Below are positions 38,569-54,160 of a DNA stretch of 64,000 bases, piece by piece. This DNA is from the human T2T-CHM13v2.0 reference genome, Homo sapiens. The DNA is taken from assembly GCF_009914755.1 (NCBI RefSeq), contig NC_060925.1. One strand, written 5' to 3'. The notes below the pieces were generated by a model that saw only the letters and a program-made list of their open reading frames with translations, ran no database searches and was not told the origin of the DNA. A program made the position numbers and the translations under genes. Numbering within the stretch: position 1 is the first letter of the stretch; every line of letters begins with the position of its first letter.

Positions 38569-38714
38569 CCCCTCACCCCACCAGAAGCTCAGTGGGGATT
38601 AGACCCCTTCACCCCACCAGGAGCTTACTGGGCATGGGACCCCCTCACCCCACCAAGACCTCGGTGGGCATGGGACCCCCTCACCCCACCAGGAGCTCGG
38701 TGGGCATGGGACCC
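38569..38714. repeat. 36-bp minisatellite, 4 copies
   Basis: CCCCTCACCCCACCAGGAGCTCGGTGGGCATGGGAC-like units at 38569, 38605, 38641 and 38677. Confidence 0.95.
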
Positions 38715-40724
38715 TTCCTGGGCCCGGCAGGGCATCTTGTTTGGTTTCTTTAACCTGTTTATTTTCAGAATCTTAGGTTCCCATCTCCCATTCAAGCAAG
38801 CAGTGTCGAAGGAATGTAACCTTCTCCTTATTACCCACCTCTCTGACAATTTGCAGAGCTGTGGCCCTCATCCCTTGAAGCCCTGTGATCAGATGAGCTG
38901 AAGACTGCACAGGGAGTGGGCAGGGCTGGCCACACGGGGGTCACAGTGCTCCCTCTCCCACCCCAACACAGTCCCCGCCACCCTCTCCTGGGGAAAGGAA
39001 CGCGGCTTAGCCAGGACCACCAGGCAAATGCCCTGTCACGGCCCCAAGCTCCTCAGTCACTGCAGGAGAATAAACAGGGAGGCAGCTCTGAACTAAGGGA
39101 CCCTCTAAGGTGTTTGTCCAGCATGGACCTGAATTTCAGACAGATGAAGATCCCACCCTGGGCCTCCAGCAGCAGCAGAGGGTGGGGGCTTCCATCATTT
39201 CACCCCACCCAGACTCAGCACCACTGCACAGGGCAGCCTTCCCAGCAGGGGCAGGAGGCAGGGGAGGGGACCCGCAAGGAGGGGAAGGACCTGTCTCGTC
39301 AGCTCCACCTCACAGCTGTGGGGCAGAGGTTCACACTGACTGCAAAGCCAGCTTCTGCTGAGATCAGCCTCTCCACTCCTTCAACAGCAAATTCCGAGAC
39401 TCAGGGGGCTCCAGCCTGGTACTCTCCTGAGGGAGGCCCCAGTGTCCACATATGTGGCACCCACCCACATCCAGACATGTCCCACCCAGCACGTCACCCA
39501 AGAGTGTCCTCCCTCCACCCACACCCAGGCCAGTCCCGCCCACCATGTCACCCCCATGAGTGTTCACCCCTCTAGCTGCTCATCCTTCAGGCTTCTCCAG
39601 AGGGAGTGGCGCTTACAAACCAGAGACAGCCCCAGGTATGATGGTATTTGGGGAGCTCACACCCTGGCAAGGGGTCAACCCTAACCAGCCTTCCGAGGCA
39701 GAGCTTGGTAGGAAGCCCCTTGTTTAAGAACTTCAGGATCCAGTACATTCAGGTTTCTGTCCCCACAGCAAATAGACTATGAGGTCTGTGGGCTCCACAT
39801 GCAGGTCTCTCCATGACAGCAGAGAGTGCACACGTGGTGTGGTTTGCAGCCCTTTCTCAGGAGACCAACCCCATCGAGAAAACCCTCCCCCAAAGGCAAT
39901 CATTACACCCCAAAGGTACCATTGGCAGACCCTCTGCTGCCCTGCCCTGGCCGGGTAAGCAGATAGCTTCTGAGCAGTGCAGGGTGACAGGAGCATCTTA
40001 CCACTAAGCAAACAAAGACGTGCTCAAAAGCTGGGCCTGTGCAAGGAGAAACAGGTGTGTGCACCTCCAGCACCTCCTGTCCATCAGGAAGCAGTGACTA
40101 GAAAAGAGGCTGGAAGTCCACACTGAAGGCTGATGGGAAACCAATTCTAATAACATTAGATGGAGGGACAGGGACTGGGCTCCCCTGGGAGAGCTATGAC
40201 CTACAGCTGCCTCTGTGGAGCATGGCGGACTCCACGTGCACTGCCTGTTTCCAAAGTTGATGCTGAGAGTCCCCAGTGCTGTGGGGAAACCACGTTGGGG
40301 TGTCGACTGTTCTCTTGGGTGCCGACTGGCAGAAGACGCATGGACAAGATTAAGCCCACCCAGGGAGCAGACTTGTACCACAATGAAATTTCAGACATGG
40401 AGATGGAGACTGAAGAGGGTTTAAAGAAATAAACACCATCCATAAAACCTTGTGATGTCACCCCACGAGGAAAAAAACCTTGCAGGTTCCAAGGTGGCCT
40501 TGCCCTGTGACTGCTTCTTGGGAAACCAGAGCCTCTGCCAATGTCAAGGGGTATGAACCGCAGACATCTTTGGAAGCCAGTGCAATGCGCGGTGGGGGAG
40601 GGAGATCCTTGGCGACAGGCACCCATGAGGCCTGTCTGGGAAAGTCCTGCCTGGAAGAGCAGGACCCTTCACTAAGGGCCCAGCATGTCAGGGCTGCTCC
40701 CCACACAGCAACTGAATGCCCTGT

Positions 40725-40870
40725 TGGCCCTTTCCATGAGCCAGGCACTGATCCAAACGCTCCATGTATCAGATCAATGTATCCAAGACAATGCTATTGT
40801 CCCAATTTCACAGATGAGCAAACTGCCCAAGAAGGTTAAGTATCACACCCGGGGTCTCCCAGCCAGGGCA
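40725..40870 (-). mobile_element. MIR fragment
   Basis: gccaggcactg...cccaatttcacagatgagcaaactg. Confidence 0.65.
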
Positions 40871-42339
40871 CAACAGAGCACAGCAGCAGATCCCAGCGTC
40901 AGGGCCTCGCCAAGAGACCAAGTGTCCAGTCCAGGGTGCTGGAGGCATCCTCAGGGGCTGGTTATGTGGTTTCCAAAAGGCCTTCTCTCCCCTCCCAGAG
41001 AACAATCCAGAGCTCACTCCTGCTTCTTCCTATAGATACTCCTTCTTAGAGCCCTGCTGTCCTGAGCAAAGACTCAGTGTGCCTGGGGCAAAGCTGAGGG
41101 GCCTCGCTCCTAGGCAGGGTCCTGTCACTCACAGAAAAGGAGTATCATGGTACCCTCCTGTGGCAAGCAGCTGGTGGCTCAGCAGACAACACCTTCCACC
41201 CCTCAGGGTCTCAGCTCTAATGCAGGACTCAGTTCGAATGCAGAAACCTCATAAAGGGGTCAGCCAGACGCAGCAGTCCTCTCCTCAGACCTCAGAAACT
41301 ACGTGTGACAGCTAACTTAAAAACAGCCCAGGAAAAGGAATATCTGCCTGTAAAACAGAAACAAAAGGTTCCATAAAGCCTGGGACCACGCAAAGTGCTC
41401 TTGCCCACCTGGTGGTGGTGTGGATAGAGATAGGAAGTGGCCCAGAGGAAAAATGACTCTCAAGAGCCAGCCCTCCCTCCACCAGCCATGAGCAGGGCTG
41501 TGCATTGGTGCATGCATGTGTGCCATGGAAGCACATGCTCACGTGTGCATGTGTGTTCGTGGCCATGTGTTTACACTGTGTGCAGCGTGTGTACACTTCC
41601 TGCACACATGTATGCATGCCTATGTATGTGTAAACACACCTTGGGTGCATGCACCTGGGCTCACATGTTGGGGGTGGGCCTGTGTATCATGTGCTTCCTT
41701 CTTTTCTTTCCCAAGTATCTGCTGAGCACCTGTTCAGTGCAGGCGCAGGACAGCCTGGGGATCTGGAGCTGAAACCTCCCCTCTGCAGGGGAGAACCATA
41801 AGCAGCCAGTTGCAATGCAGTATGAGCCTGCCCAGAGGTCTGTGAAATCTTTCCTCTGGGGCTGGAGAGGGAAGGCTGCCTGGAGGAAGGGAAACCTCAT
41901 CCTGCCTACTGAACCAGAGGCAAAGAGGGAACCCTGTTCAGCTCTGAGGCTCAGCGCCACAGCCTGTGCATGTGGGCACTTGGTGGGTATTTGTTGAATG
42001 AATGTCTGCACAGCAACAGATCCAAGCATTTCTGTGCCCCACGAGCCCCCATCACAAGGCAGCCAGCACCTCAGCTGGCTGCTCAGAGGAGCCAGAGGGC
42101 AGGCCAATCACCCAATCACTGATGACAATCTCAGGTTAACCTGTTTGGCCCTTTTTCCTTTTCAAATACCTTCTCTTGCATCCTCCCGCTGGGAACTCCT
42201 GGCTGTTTTGACCAAAGGAATGTGGAGTCACCATCCTTTTCCTACCCCTGAGCCAGAAACACTTCCACAGCCATTCGATGAGCCACACATCAGTTCCCGA
42301 CAGGCAAACAACAATGACAACTTATTTTCATCCCCACTT

Positions 42340-42503
42340 CAGTCTTTGAGGTTAGACAGACCTGGATTCAAATCCAAGCTCCACCCCTTGCTGTGTGAGC
42401 TTGTTCGTGCTACTAACCTTTCTGAGACTTGAAGAGTCTCTTCATTTGTGAAATGAGGATAAAGCCCCTTCTCTCAGGGGCTGTGCCAAGGATGAAATGA
42501 GTC
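42340..42503 (+). mobile_element. MIR
   Basis: ttagacagacctggattcaaatcc...ttcatttgtgaaatgaggat...aggatgaaatgag. Confidence 0.75.
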
Positions 42504-42535
42504 ATGCATTAGTCAGGACAGGTGATGCTGTGTAA

Positions 42536-42891
<356 letters not shown>

Positions 42892-43053
42892 TTGACTTCT
42901 CAATTGATTTCATGTCCACCACGGGTCAACAAGGGGGCTCTGGTGGTCATAGTCATCCAGAGACTCAAACAGATGGACCCTTATCCCAGAAGATGATCCC
43001 ACAGTTCCAGAAACAGAGCAAAGAAAACACAATAAGCCATGAGCCCCTTCTTA

Positions 43054-43422
<369 letters not shown>

Positions 43423-44040
43423 TCAGGCTATGTCTGAATTAGAAGGGTAGAAAGAATAGTCATTTTTTTTTTTACCACAAACCATCAAAACAAAGTTGCA
43501 GATCACTGATGTAAAATTACAGTTAGTTCCTTCCCACTCCTTTTCAGCTTCTCTTCATTGCTATGAGCCAGTGTCTTCTGTGTCAGGTTTCAGTCTGTTG
43601 CCTCCCAGCTCCTAGTGCACCTTTCAATATGTGCACTGTGATAAACTGGGAAGCACTTTTCAATATACCTCCTGGAAGTGAACATTCTGCAGGCATCTAG
43701 GTAGAGCATGGAGAGACATTGCAGAGGGCAGGAGCTCTCTGGCTGAGCCTTGATCGTGTTCAAGCCACAACCACAGACCTAGGCGTGGTCCCTCAGTCAC
43801 CTTGCAGCCTTGGCCTGCAGCATCTCGACACGGAAACCAAAATGCAGCAGGGCCAATGTGATCTGAAGTTTCCTGAAAAGTTTCTCAGACCCCCTCTTTT
43901 ACCCCTTGTGCAACCTGCACACAGTGACCTGTATTCCAGAGGGTCCGCACAGAGCTGCCATTCCTTCTGCCAGACCCTGCAGGACTCACGCATACTGGAG
44001 GCTTCCTGCCCTACAAAGGCAGCCAGACTCCCACCATGCA

Positions 44041-44716
44041 TCCCTGCACCAGTGGCTCACGGCCAGCTCCCTCACCTGCACTCCAGCGGCTCACCTTCGG
44101 CTCCCTCACCAGCACTCCAGTGGCTCATGGCCAGCTCCCTCCCCTGCACCAGTGGTTCAGGGCCGCCTCCCTCCCCTGCACCCCAGCGTCTCACAGCCGT
44201 CTCCCTCCCTGCACCAGCGGCTCACAGCCAGCTCCCCACCTGCACTCCAGCGGCTCACAGCCGTCTCCCTCCCCTGCACCAGCGGCTCACAGCCAGCTCC
44301 CTCACCAGCACTCCAGTGGCTCACGGCCAGCTCCCTCCCCTGCACCAGCGGCTCACGGCCAGCTCCCTCCCCTGCACTCCAGCGTCTCACAGCCGTCTCC
44401 CTCCCCTGCACCAGCGGCTCACGGCCAGCTCCCTCACCAGCACTCCAGTGGCTCATGGCCAGCTCCCTCCCCTGCACCAGCGGCTCAGGGCCGCCTCCCT
44501 CCCCTGCACTCCAGCATCTCACAGCCGTCTCCCTCCCCTGCACCAGCGGCTCATGGCCAGCTCCCTCCCCTACACTCCAGCGGCTCACCGCCGGCTCCCT
44601 CACCTGCACTCCAGCGTCTCACAGCCGTCTCCCTCCCCTGCACCAGCGGCTCACGGCCAGCTCCCTCCCCTGCACTCCAGCGGCTCATGGCCGACTCCCT
44701 CAGCTGCACTCCAGTG
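44041..44716. repeat. GC-rich VNTR, ~20 units alternating 32 and 34 bp
   Basis: CTCCCTCCCCTGCAC(TC)CAGCGGCTCACGGCCAG variants; 66-bp dimer periodicity. Confidence 0.97.
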
Positions 44717-45460
44717 CTGCCTAGTGCTTACGCAAAAGCTGCTGACTAGCTCCAGCCTGGCCAAATCCGCAAACGTCTCTTATGTGATGGCTGAACCACA
44801 TTTTATGACATCTGAACCCCTTTCAAATCTGTGCTTCCTTGGGTACCTCCCTCTGCACTAGGGCACCAGGCAGAGTTGCTTTATGTCTTACAGTGACTCT
44901 TTTATCATAGTTGCAATCCTTTATACTACACTTCCCCGTTAGACCCACTGTGTGGTTTCTATCTCTTGATGGGACCCAAGCTGCTACACACCCTAACCCG
45001 TGCACATTGCACTTCATTAGTTCCCCACCATTGGCCCAAGATCATGCTCCACCACCTCTCCCTGCCCCCTGACCTTCTTTCCTTAAGTGAGTCCCCTAAA
45101 TGCGATCTTTGTGCCCAAAGCTTACCTGCTCTTCCTTCCCTATATTCTTGGCCAAACACAAAAATCTGATGCTGTGGCAAATGCAGAAATGGGGAGAAGG
45201 CAGGGGAATCATTTCTCCTCCCTTAGGTAAGCACCGAGGTTAATGTCATTCCACTGTGTCAGGAATAAAAAAATGAGGCCTAGAGAGGTGCCGTGATTTG
45301 CCTGGGCCCATGAAACTGTCATGGCAGAAGTGGAACAAAGGTTCAGGTCTCCCAAATGTCAGTCCAGCTCCTATGCCTTCAGAACGTGTCCTGGAGGGAG
45401 ACACCAGCTTTGATCTGACAAAAGAGGCTATGAATAAAGTTAAAAGACAAAGACAGTGCA

Positions 45461-45815
45461 CGATATGGTTTGGCTGTGTGTCCCCACCCAAATCTCATCT
45501 CGAATTGTCCTCCCATAATTATCTTGTGTTGTGGGAGGGACCTGGTGGGAGATAATTGGAATCATGGGGGCGGTTCCCCCATACTGTTCTCCTGGTAGTG
45601 AATAAGTCTCACAAGATCTGACAGTTTTATCAGGGGTTTCCACTTTTGCATCATCCTCATTTTTCTCTGGCCACCGCCATGTAAGAAGTGCCTTTCGCCT
45701 CCCACCGTGATTCTGAGGCCTCCCCAGCCATGTGGAACTGTAAGTCCAATTAAACCTCTTTTTCTTCCCAGTCTGAGGTATGTCTTTATCAGCAGTGTGA
45801 AAACGGACTAATACA
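45461..45815 (+). mobile_element. THE1B solo LTR
   Basis: gatatggtttggctgtgtgtccccacccaaatctcatc...ggactaataca; perfect TSD GTGCA. Confidence 0.95.
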
Positions 45816-45883
45816 GTGCACAAAGAGGGAAAATATATTTGTAAGGTATTTGGCCAAAAAAGCATTGATACCCAGATCATTTA

Positions 45884-46200
<317 letters not shown>

Positions 46201-48149
46201 TCAGCAAGGAGAAACCAAAGACCCAACAGACAAATGAGCCAGGAGCAATTCACAGAGGAGGAGACCCGAAGGGCTGGGAAACACAAGGCACACGTTCAGC
46301 TGCACCGCAACATCCAGGAACAATATTAGAAAGTACGGTAACAAATATTGATGAAGACGAGTGAAGACGGGCGTGCACACTGCTGGTGAGGGGCATTGTG
46401 AGGACTCCAGCCCCAAGGTCATCTGGCTGTGCTTCCTAGGAAGGGCTGACAAGGGACCTGTCCCAAGACCCCAAGCCTCACCATGGTACGTGCAGGCCTT
46501 GGACCAGAACATCAGCATCACCTTGGAGCAGGGGGTTGGGTGGGGGGTGAGGGGGGCGCATCCTCTGCTGACCAGAAATACACAATTCTAGATTCATCTG
46601 GAAGATATTGTTGAAGGGAAAAAGCAACTTTCAGGAGAGTATGTATGGACTGCTATTTGTATAAAATTGCAAAAACAGATCAAAAAACACTATCCATTCT
46701 TCATGGACATGCACACTAGGTATTAAACATGGATGGGAAGACACACATTGACTTCAGAATAGTGGGGAGGGAGGCGGTAACTGGACTAGAAAAGGGGCAT
46801 ATAACTCGAGCGTCAGCTTGAACATTATGGCTGAATCCGTAATGTTCTCTTCCCTTAAACTCTGGAGCAAATGCATCCAAAAGCTACCACGTGTGAATTT
46901 TAACTGGGAGGTACATGAAAGTTTGATATCATTATCCTCTACACAGTCCTGTGTGTTTGTAATATTGAGCCATATTTTTTAAACACTTGATACGGCATGA
47001 AAGGAAACTTGCCTACATGGTAACAATGGTTATCTTTAGGTAGCAGAATTCAAGACTGCTTCTTTTTTCTTTTTTTCCTACTTGTATATTATCTCTGTTT
47101 CGCTGTGTGAGGGTTTATGACTGCTGTGATGAAAAGGCTTGTATTCTAACTCCCTGCATCACAAGCACACACCATGCCCTGGCTGGCAGGACGGGGAGGA
47201 GGGAGCATGTCTGTTCACCTGGCCAGCCCTAGGCAGCTCTGCAGAGAAAGATACGGGCACTTCCCCTCTGCAGCCAAAGAGTTAAGAAGGCTCGATGTGA
47301 AATGAATCATTCCAGGGAAGCTAAATCCTGGCCTTATCTAATTCTGTATCCTGAGGCTGATTAATTTAAACTCAAAAATAAAATAAACATCAGCTTTAAA
47401 TAAGGATTAAATACTCAGCGGGGTCCTTAGTTGAACAAACTGACATTATACATTTTATGGTATGGATTCAGGGGGCCCGGGGTGGGATGGGGGTATCTGT
47501 GGGGATGCTCTCTGAGCTAAGGGGAGAAAATCGCCAGTGCTCCTGGATTCCGGAGTGCATTCACCTTTAGCCTCTTGTCTGGATACCCACAGAAAACCCC
47601 AGAGCCACACTGTGGCAGGATCTTCACACAGAAGGGGGGCTTGTGCCCTGTGTCCCGGCTGCCCTGTGTCCCTGAGGGAGAAGGGATTACTGGAGGGAGT
47701 GGGTGAAGAGTTTGGAGGAAGCCCCTGATGTTCTTAGAAAACAGTAGGGAAGAGATTCCCCTGCCTGGGCATTGTTCCCAAATAGAAGACAAGAGCATGA
47801 ACTAAAAACAGAGACCCCTAGCTCCCTCCATGGTCCCTGTGTTCAGAAGGGAACCCAGGAAAGTGGGGCAGATAAAAAATGGGGTGGGCTGTCTGACATG
47901 TGCCTGGAGGGACACACGAACCTGAGTCAGGCATGAGAGTGGGCAGCTGGTGGATTCTTCGAGGCCTGCAGCACAAAGCCAGGCGGTCATCCCAAGAACA
48001 ACCCACGTCTGCAGAGGCCTACTGCATCCCTGGCCTCATGGCCACAACGTCACAGAGCAGAATCACATTATGTGGGAGGCCATGTGCAGTGTGAGTGTCA
48101 TACTGGAGCTGGACCCTGAAGGTCCCAGACCCAGGTCCAGCTACGTCTC

Positions 48150-48512
48150 TGCTATAGTCAATGTTTGTGTGCCCCTAAAATCCATGTGTTGAAACCTAAC
48201 CCCTGAGAGGTTAGGTTTGAATTAGGAGGGAAAGGCTTTAGGAAGTGATTTCGTCCTGAAAGCGGAGACCCCGTGAATGGGATTAGTGGCCTTGTAAAAG
48301 GAAGCCAAGGGAGCTTGTTCTCTCCTTCCACGATGTGGGGACACAGCTAGGAGGTGCCCTCTATAAGGAACAGGCACTCAACAGACACCCAATCTGCCAC
48401 CACCTTGACCTTCCACTTGCCAGCATCCAGACCTATGAGACATAGATTTCTGCTGCTTATAAGCCCCCTGCGCTAAGGTATTTTGTTACAGCAGCCCAAA
48501 TGGACTAAGACA
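48150..48512 (+). mobile_element. MLT1A0 solo LTR inserted in a MIR
   Basis: tgctatagtc...gtgaatgggattagtggccttgtaaaag...gcagcccaaatggactaagaca; TSD GTCTC/GCCTC. Confidence 0.9.
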
Positions 48513-49551
48513 GCCTCTGACAATCTTGAGCAACTCACTTATCTGCTGAACTCTCCACAGATTTAACTGTGATGAAATCCCTTCAACAGATGTATATTGA
48601 ACACCTGCTTTGTATAAGGACACACTGTGTTATTGGATAGAGTATAAAACAAATCACAGTTCCCCAGAGGTAGGCACTGCCATAGCTGAACTGCAAAGCC
48701 AAGCTGCTGTGGCCAATGGGGGAAAGGGTGGGTGTCAGAGAAGAAGAGAACGTGCTAGAGTCCATGTCTGCAGCAATATTGGAATGTCTAATGGATGGTT
48801 CCCAAAGTGGTGACTTCTCATCTTCCTACAAAAACTCATAGTTGTCCCTGTGTAAAGTCTTCCCAGAAGTGCAGGGCGGCTGAGAATATGCAGATCAGAA
48901 AAGAGGAGAGGACAGAGAGAGCACATTCTTGGCATCAGCAGCCACGGACTTCTTGCAGGAAGGAAAGCAATTCTCCTGGATCCCTGGGTAGCAGATAAAC
49001 GTACAGAAATACATTTGTTGGCTGTTTGGTTCATGGACTTCGAACATTTGCAGACCAAGAGGCTGAGAATCTTCTCCAACCAGATGGTGTGGGGCGTGGA
49101 AGTACAGAAAGGGATCAAAGGAGGAGGAAAACAGAGCAATGAGAAGGGAGCTCTCAGCATGACCAACACAGAGACCTGGGTCTCTGCTACCAACAATAAG
49201 AGCTAATATATAATGGTTGCAGGTCTGCAAACAGCAGGTTTTCTACATCACATGTGGCAAGCTCTGATGACAAGCCTGTGTGACAGGTATTGTTGTCTGA
49301 GGCAGAGAGTTGCTAAATAATCACATGCAATGGGTGGAATGCCGGAGAGTTTGGTTTTAATTGATCATCTTGCTGCTTGCTTTCTATCTGTCCCATCTGT
49401 AGTTTGTTCTCCTTTTCCTCTTTCTCTGACTTCTTTTGAATATGTTGAGTATTTTTATTTCACTTAATCTTCTTTGTTGGCCTTTTACATATAACTATTT
49501 TTGCTTGGTTTGGTTTTGAGTTTTAGTCATTGCTCTATGGTTTATGGTATA

Positions 49552-50278
<727 letters not shown>

Positions 50279-50737
50279 GTATATGTATTTAACTTAGCAT
50301 TGGCTGCCATCAACATTATACCACTTCGCACAGAGGATAAGAACTTTAAGACAGTACCCATTCATTTCTCTCCTTTTGGGTTTGTGTTATTGTTTTCATG
50401 CATTTTGCTTCTAGATGTGCTGTAAACCCACATTAATTTGTTATCATTTTTCCCTTAAACGGTCGATTATCTTTTTAAAATGTTTTTTAATGTTGCATTG
50501 TTGCTCACACATTTGCCATCTCCGGTGCTCTACTTTCTTTTATGTAGATCTGGACTTCCATCTGGTTTCACTTTCCTTCTGCCTGAAGGATTTCTTTTAA
50601 TATTCCTTGTAGTGAGGACTTGCTGGTAATGAATTCTTCAAGCTTTTCAATGTCTGAAAGTCTTTATTTCACTATCATCTTTGAAAGATATTTTTGCTGG
50701 GTGTAGAATTCTAGACTGACAATTGTTTTATCCTTAA

Positions 50738-51094
<357 letters not shown>

Positions 51095-51125
51095 TTGCAT
51101 TGTTTCTAACCAGTTGCCTGCCATC

Positions 51126-51436
<311 letters not shown>

Positions 51437-53584
51437 CATTTTTATCTTTGTTCCTCTCTGTATAATGTCCTTTTCCCTTTGGTAACCTTTCAGATTTTCT
51501 CTTTGTCACTGGTTTGGGGCAATTTGATTATGATGTGCTTCAGTGTGTCATCCTCATGTCTCTTGTGCTAGGGGTTCATTGGAATTCTTAGATCTCTAGG
51601 TTTACAGTTTTTATCAAATTTAAAATTTTTCAACCACAGTTTTTTCAAATATTTTTTCTTCTACTCCTCCCCACCTTCTTCAGGAACTCCAATTACACAG
51701 ATATTAGTCCTGTTGGTGCTGATTTTCTGTTCAATTTTTTTCCATTTTTTTCTCTATGTTCCATTTTTGAGTTTCTACTGCTACATCTTCCAGTTGACTA
51801 ATCCTTTTTTGTATAACATCTATTCTATTTTAAATGCCATTTAGTATATTTTTCATCTCAGACATTGTATTTTTCATCTCTAGAAGTTCAGGCTGGGTCT
51901 TCCATGTCTCTGCTTCCATGTTCAAGCTTCCCTTTACCTTCTTGTTGTGGAATGTTATCATTATAATAACTGTTTTAATATCGTTGCCTACTAATTCCAT
52001 CATATGTGTCATTTCTGTATCTATTGTTCAAGTTTTCTTCTCATTATTGAAAAATTTCCTTTTTCTTCACATGCCTGGTAATTTTCAGCTGGATGGCAGA
52101 CAACATGAAATGTATCTTATTGTGTGTTGGATATTGTTGGGTTCCTATAAATATTACTGAGCTATGTTCTAGGATGCAGTTAAATTATCTGGAAAGATTT
52201 TGGTTCTTTGAGGGTTTTCTTTGAGGTCTTGTTAAGTAGGACCTTAGCAGCCTTGGCCTAGATCTAATCTTCCACACTACTGAGGCAATTCTTTTCTGAG
52301 TGTTCCATCCAATGGTCTGGGAAGTATGAGATTTGTCCACTGTTGCTGGTGGGAACACCAAATATGCCTGGTTCTGTGGGAGGTTCAAGCATTGTTCTTT
52401 CTGTTTCTTTCTGTTTTTTCAGGTGTTTTTTCCCCAGACTTGGGTAGTTTACACGCATACATGTGCTGATCAGTATTTAGCTGAAGACTCTGGAGATTTT
52501 TGTTTTGTGACTTTGTCCTTTTCATGCCCTGAATACTCTGCCCTGCAGAGTTTATCTGAGCTTCTTTGGTCTCCCTGGACTCTCAGCTTCATCTCCTCAA
52601 CTCAGGACCATCACCATGCTCAGCCTGGTTTCTCCCTCCCTGAGCTGTGGCCTAGAAACATGTGACCCAAGCTATTCACCATTGGGCCATACTTGTCCCT
52701 CATCCTACCTTGAGGGTTTCATCAACTTTCTAGTGAGGAGTAATTGGTGACTGTTATCAGCACTATCCTATCCTATATATCATTATTAGTTGCAGGGTCC
52801 TTATGTTACTAAGTTGCCTATCATTCACTCCATAGCATGCATCCCATCATTATTAACTAATCCCAGTCCTTCATTCGAGTCCTCCAAAGGAGCTGAGCTA
52901 GATCCGCTCAAAGTATTATTAGCAACCAAGATCTCTATGTCTAGCAATTACAGTCAAGGTGTGATGCTCTGAGCCAGCACATCAGCAAGACATCCCCCAT
53001 TAAAGAGGAGGTCTTAGGAAGACCACCTTGAGCAAGTGCTTCACACGTTACAAGTCTGGTCTTGAGGGGCTTGTAGTATTGAATGAGGGAATTGAATGTG
53101 GTAGTTTTTCAGACCTTCTCCCTTAACAGCCATGAGTTTATAATTATCCACTTTCCCTCAGGGAAATAAAAACCATGATTCTTGATTCACTGACGAGTTT
53201 AGGAAGAGGAGGTGGAGAAGACTGGATCAGGCCTATTCCTGGAATACGCTAGACAGCTTCTGGAGATTAAAATAATGACCACTAATGGATATACATGTTT
53301 AATGTTTCAGTTACTGGTAAAATTAATCTCCTGTTTAATATTAATAGAAGCAATGTACGTCTCTAGGGTTGTTAATCTGCTACCTTTCCACTACGTCAGA
53401 TGTAAAAATAGCTCCCCATGATCAGCCAGGTGGGCACAGACAGGCGGACGTTGGGGAGGGAGGAGGGAGAAACTGAGGAGCAACAATGAGATGGTGACAA
53501 CAACGTACATTTTCAATGCGTTACAGCTCATCAGAATTCTAAGGGAGAAGATTTTCTTCCAAGTACAGATACTTTTTCAACTTC

Positions 53585-53825
53585 ATTCATGGGTTCATTC
53601 ATATTCAACAAATATTTATTGAATGCTTTCCACATGACAGGCACTGTGCTAAGCTTCTTACCACTTACCTTATCTAACCCTCACAGCGGCCCTTGAATGA
53701 GAGCACTATTAGATTTCCATTTTAAGAATGAGAACATCGAGGCTCAAGGTCCTACAATTAGGAAGGCAGCAGAGACAATACCGGAATCCAGGTCAGTTTG
53801 ACTTCAGAGCCAGCACTTCTAATCC
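53585..53825 (-). mobile_element. MIR with L2-like tail
   Basis: ttcaacaaatatttattgaatgc...caggcactgtgctaagc...gaatccaggtcagtttgacttcagagcc. Confidence 0.75.
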
Positions 53826-54019
53826 TAACCTTTTAGGTCTTTATTCTTCTCAACCATCTTTAAGTTTATAATTGCATAAAAACTGAAAGAAATAGGTGGG
53901 AAGGTGGAACAGGAGGTGAAAGGGCCGCAGTCCAGAAGGTGCTCAGGCCCTGACTCCACAACCCAGGGAAAGATTTTGGGAGAATTTTCTTCCTTGACGG
54001 TAACTTCAGATTTTCATAA

Positions 54020-54160
54020 TAATTAAGCAAATGTGTGTTAAGCACCTACTATGTCCAGGCACTGTGCTACACAGTGAAAAAAACTGATCAAGATAGACAC
54101 AGCCCCTACCTTCAAGAAGCTTATATTTTATATTCTACTAGGAGACAGAGAGACACAGAA
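54020..54160 (-). mobile_element. L2 fragment
   Basis: ttaagcacctactatgtccaggcactgtgcta...cagcccctaccttcaagaagctta. Confidence 0.75.

Noticed and set aside
38569-38714. 36-bp repeat as CRISPR or coding repeat
   Set aside because: Head-to-tail units without unique spacers; no splice or coding support
39214-39231. REST/RE1 site
   Set aside because: Left half TCAGCACC present, but the GGACAG half is missing
43463-43700. Processed pseudogene ending in T11
   Set aside because: No poly(A) signal, TSD or recognisable parent protein; kept only as a weak exon/junction hypothesis
43719-44861. 380-aa ORF as a protein-coding gene
   Set aside because: Mostly VNTR, non-ATG start, all three frames open, no recognisable domain; kept only as a VNTR finding
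45715-45735. PRDM9 hotspot motif in THE1B
   Set aside because: Reads CCTCCCCAGCCAT, the non-motif form, not CCTCCCTAGCCAC
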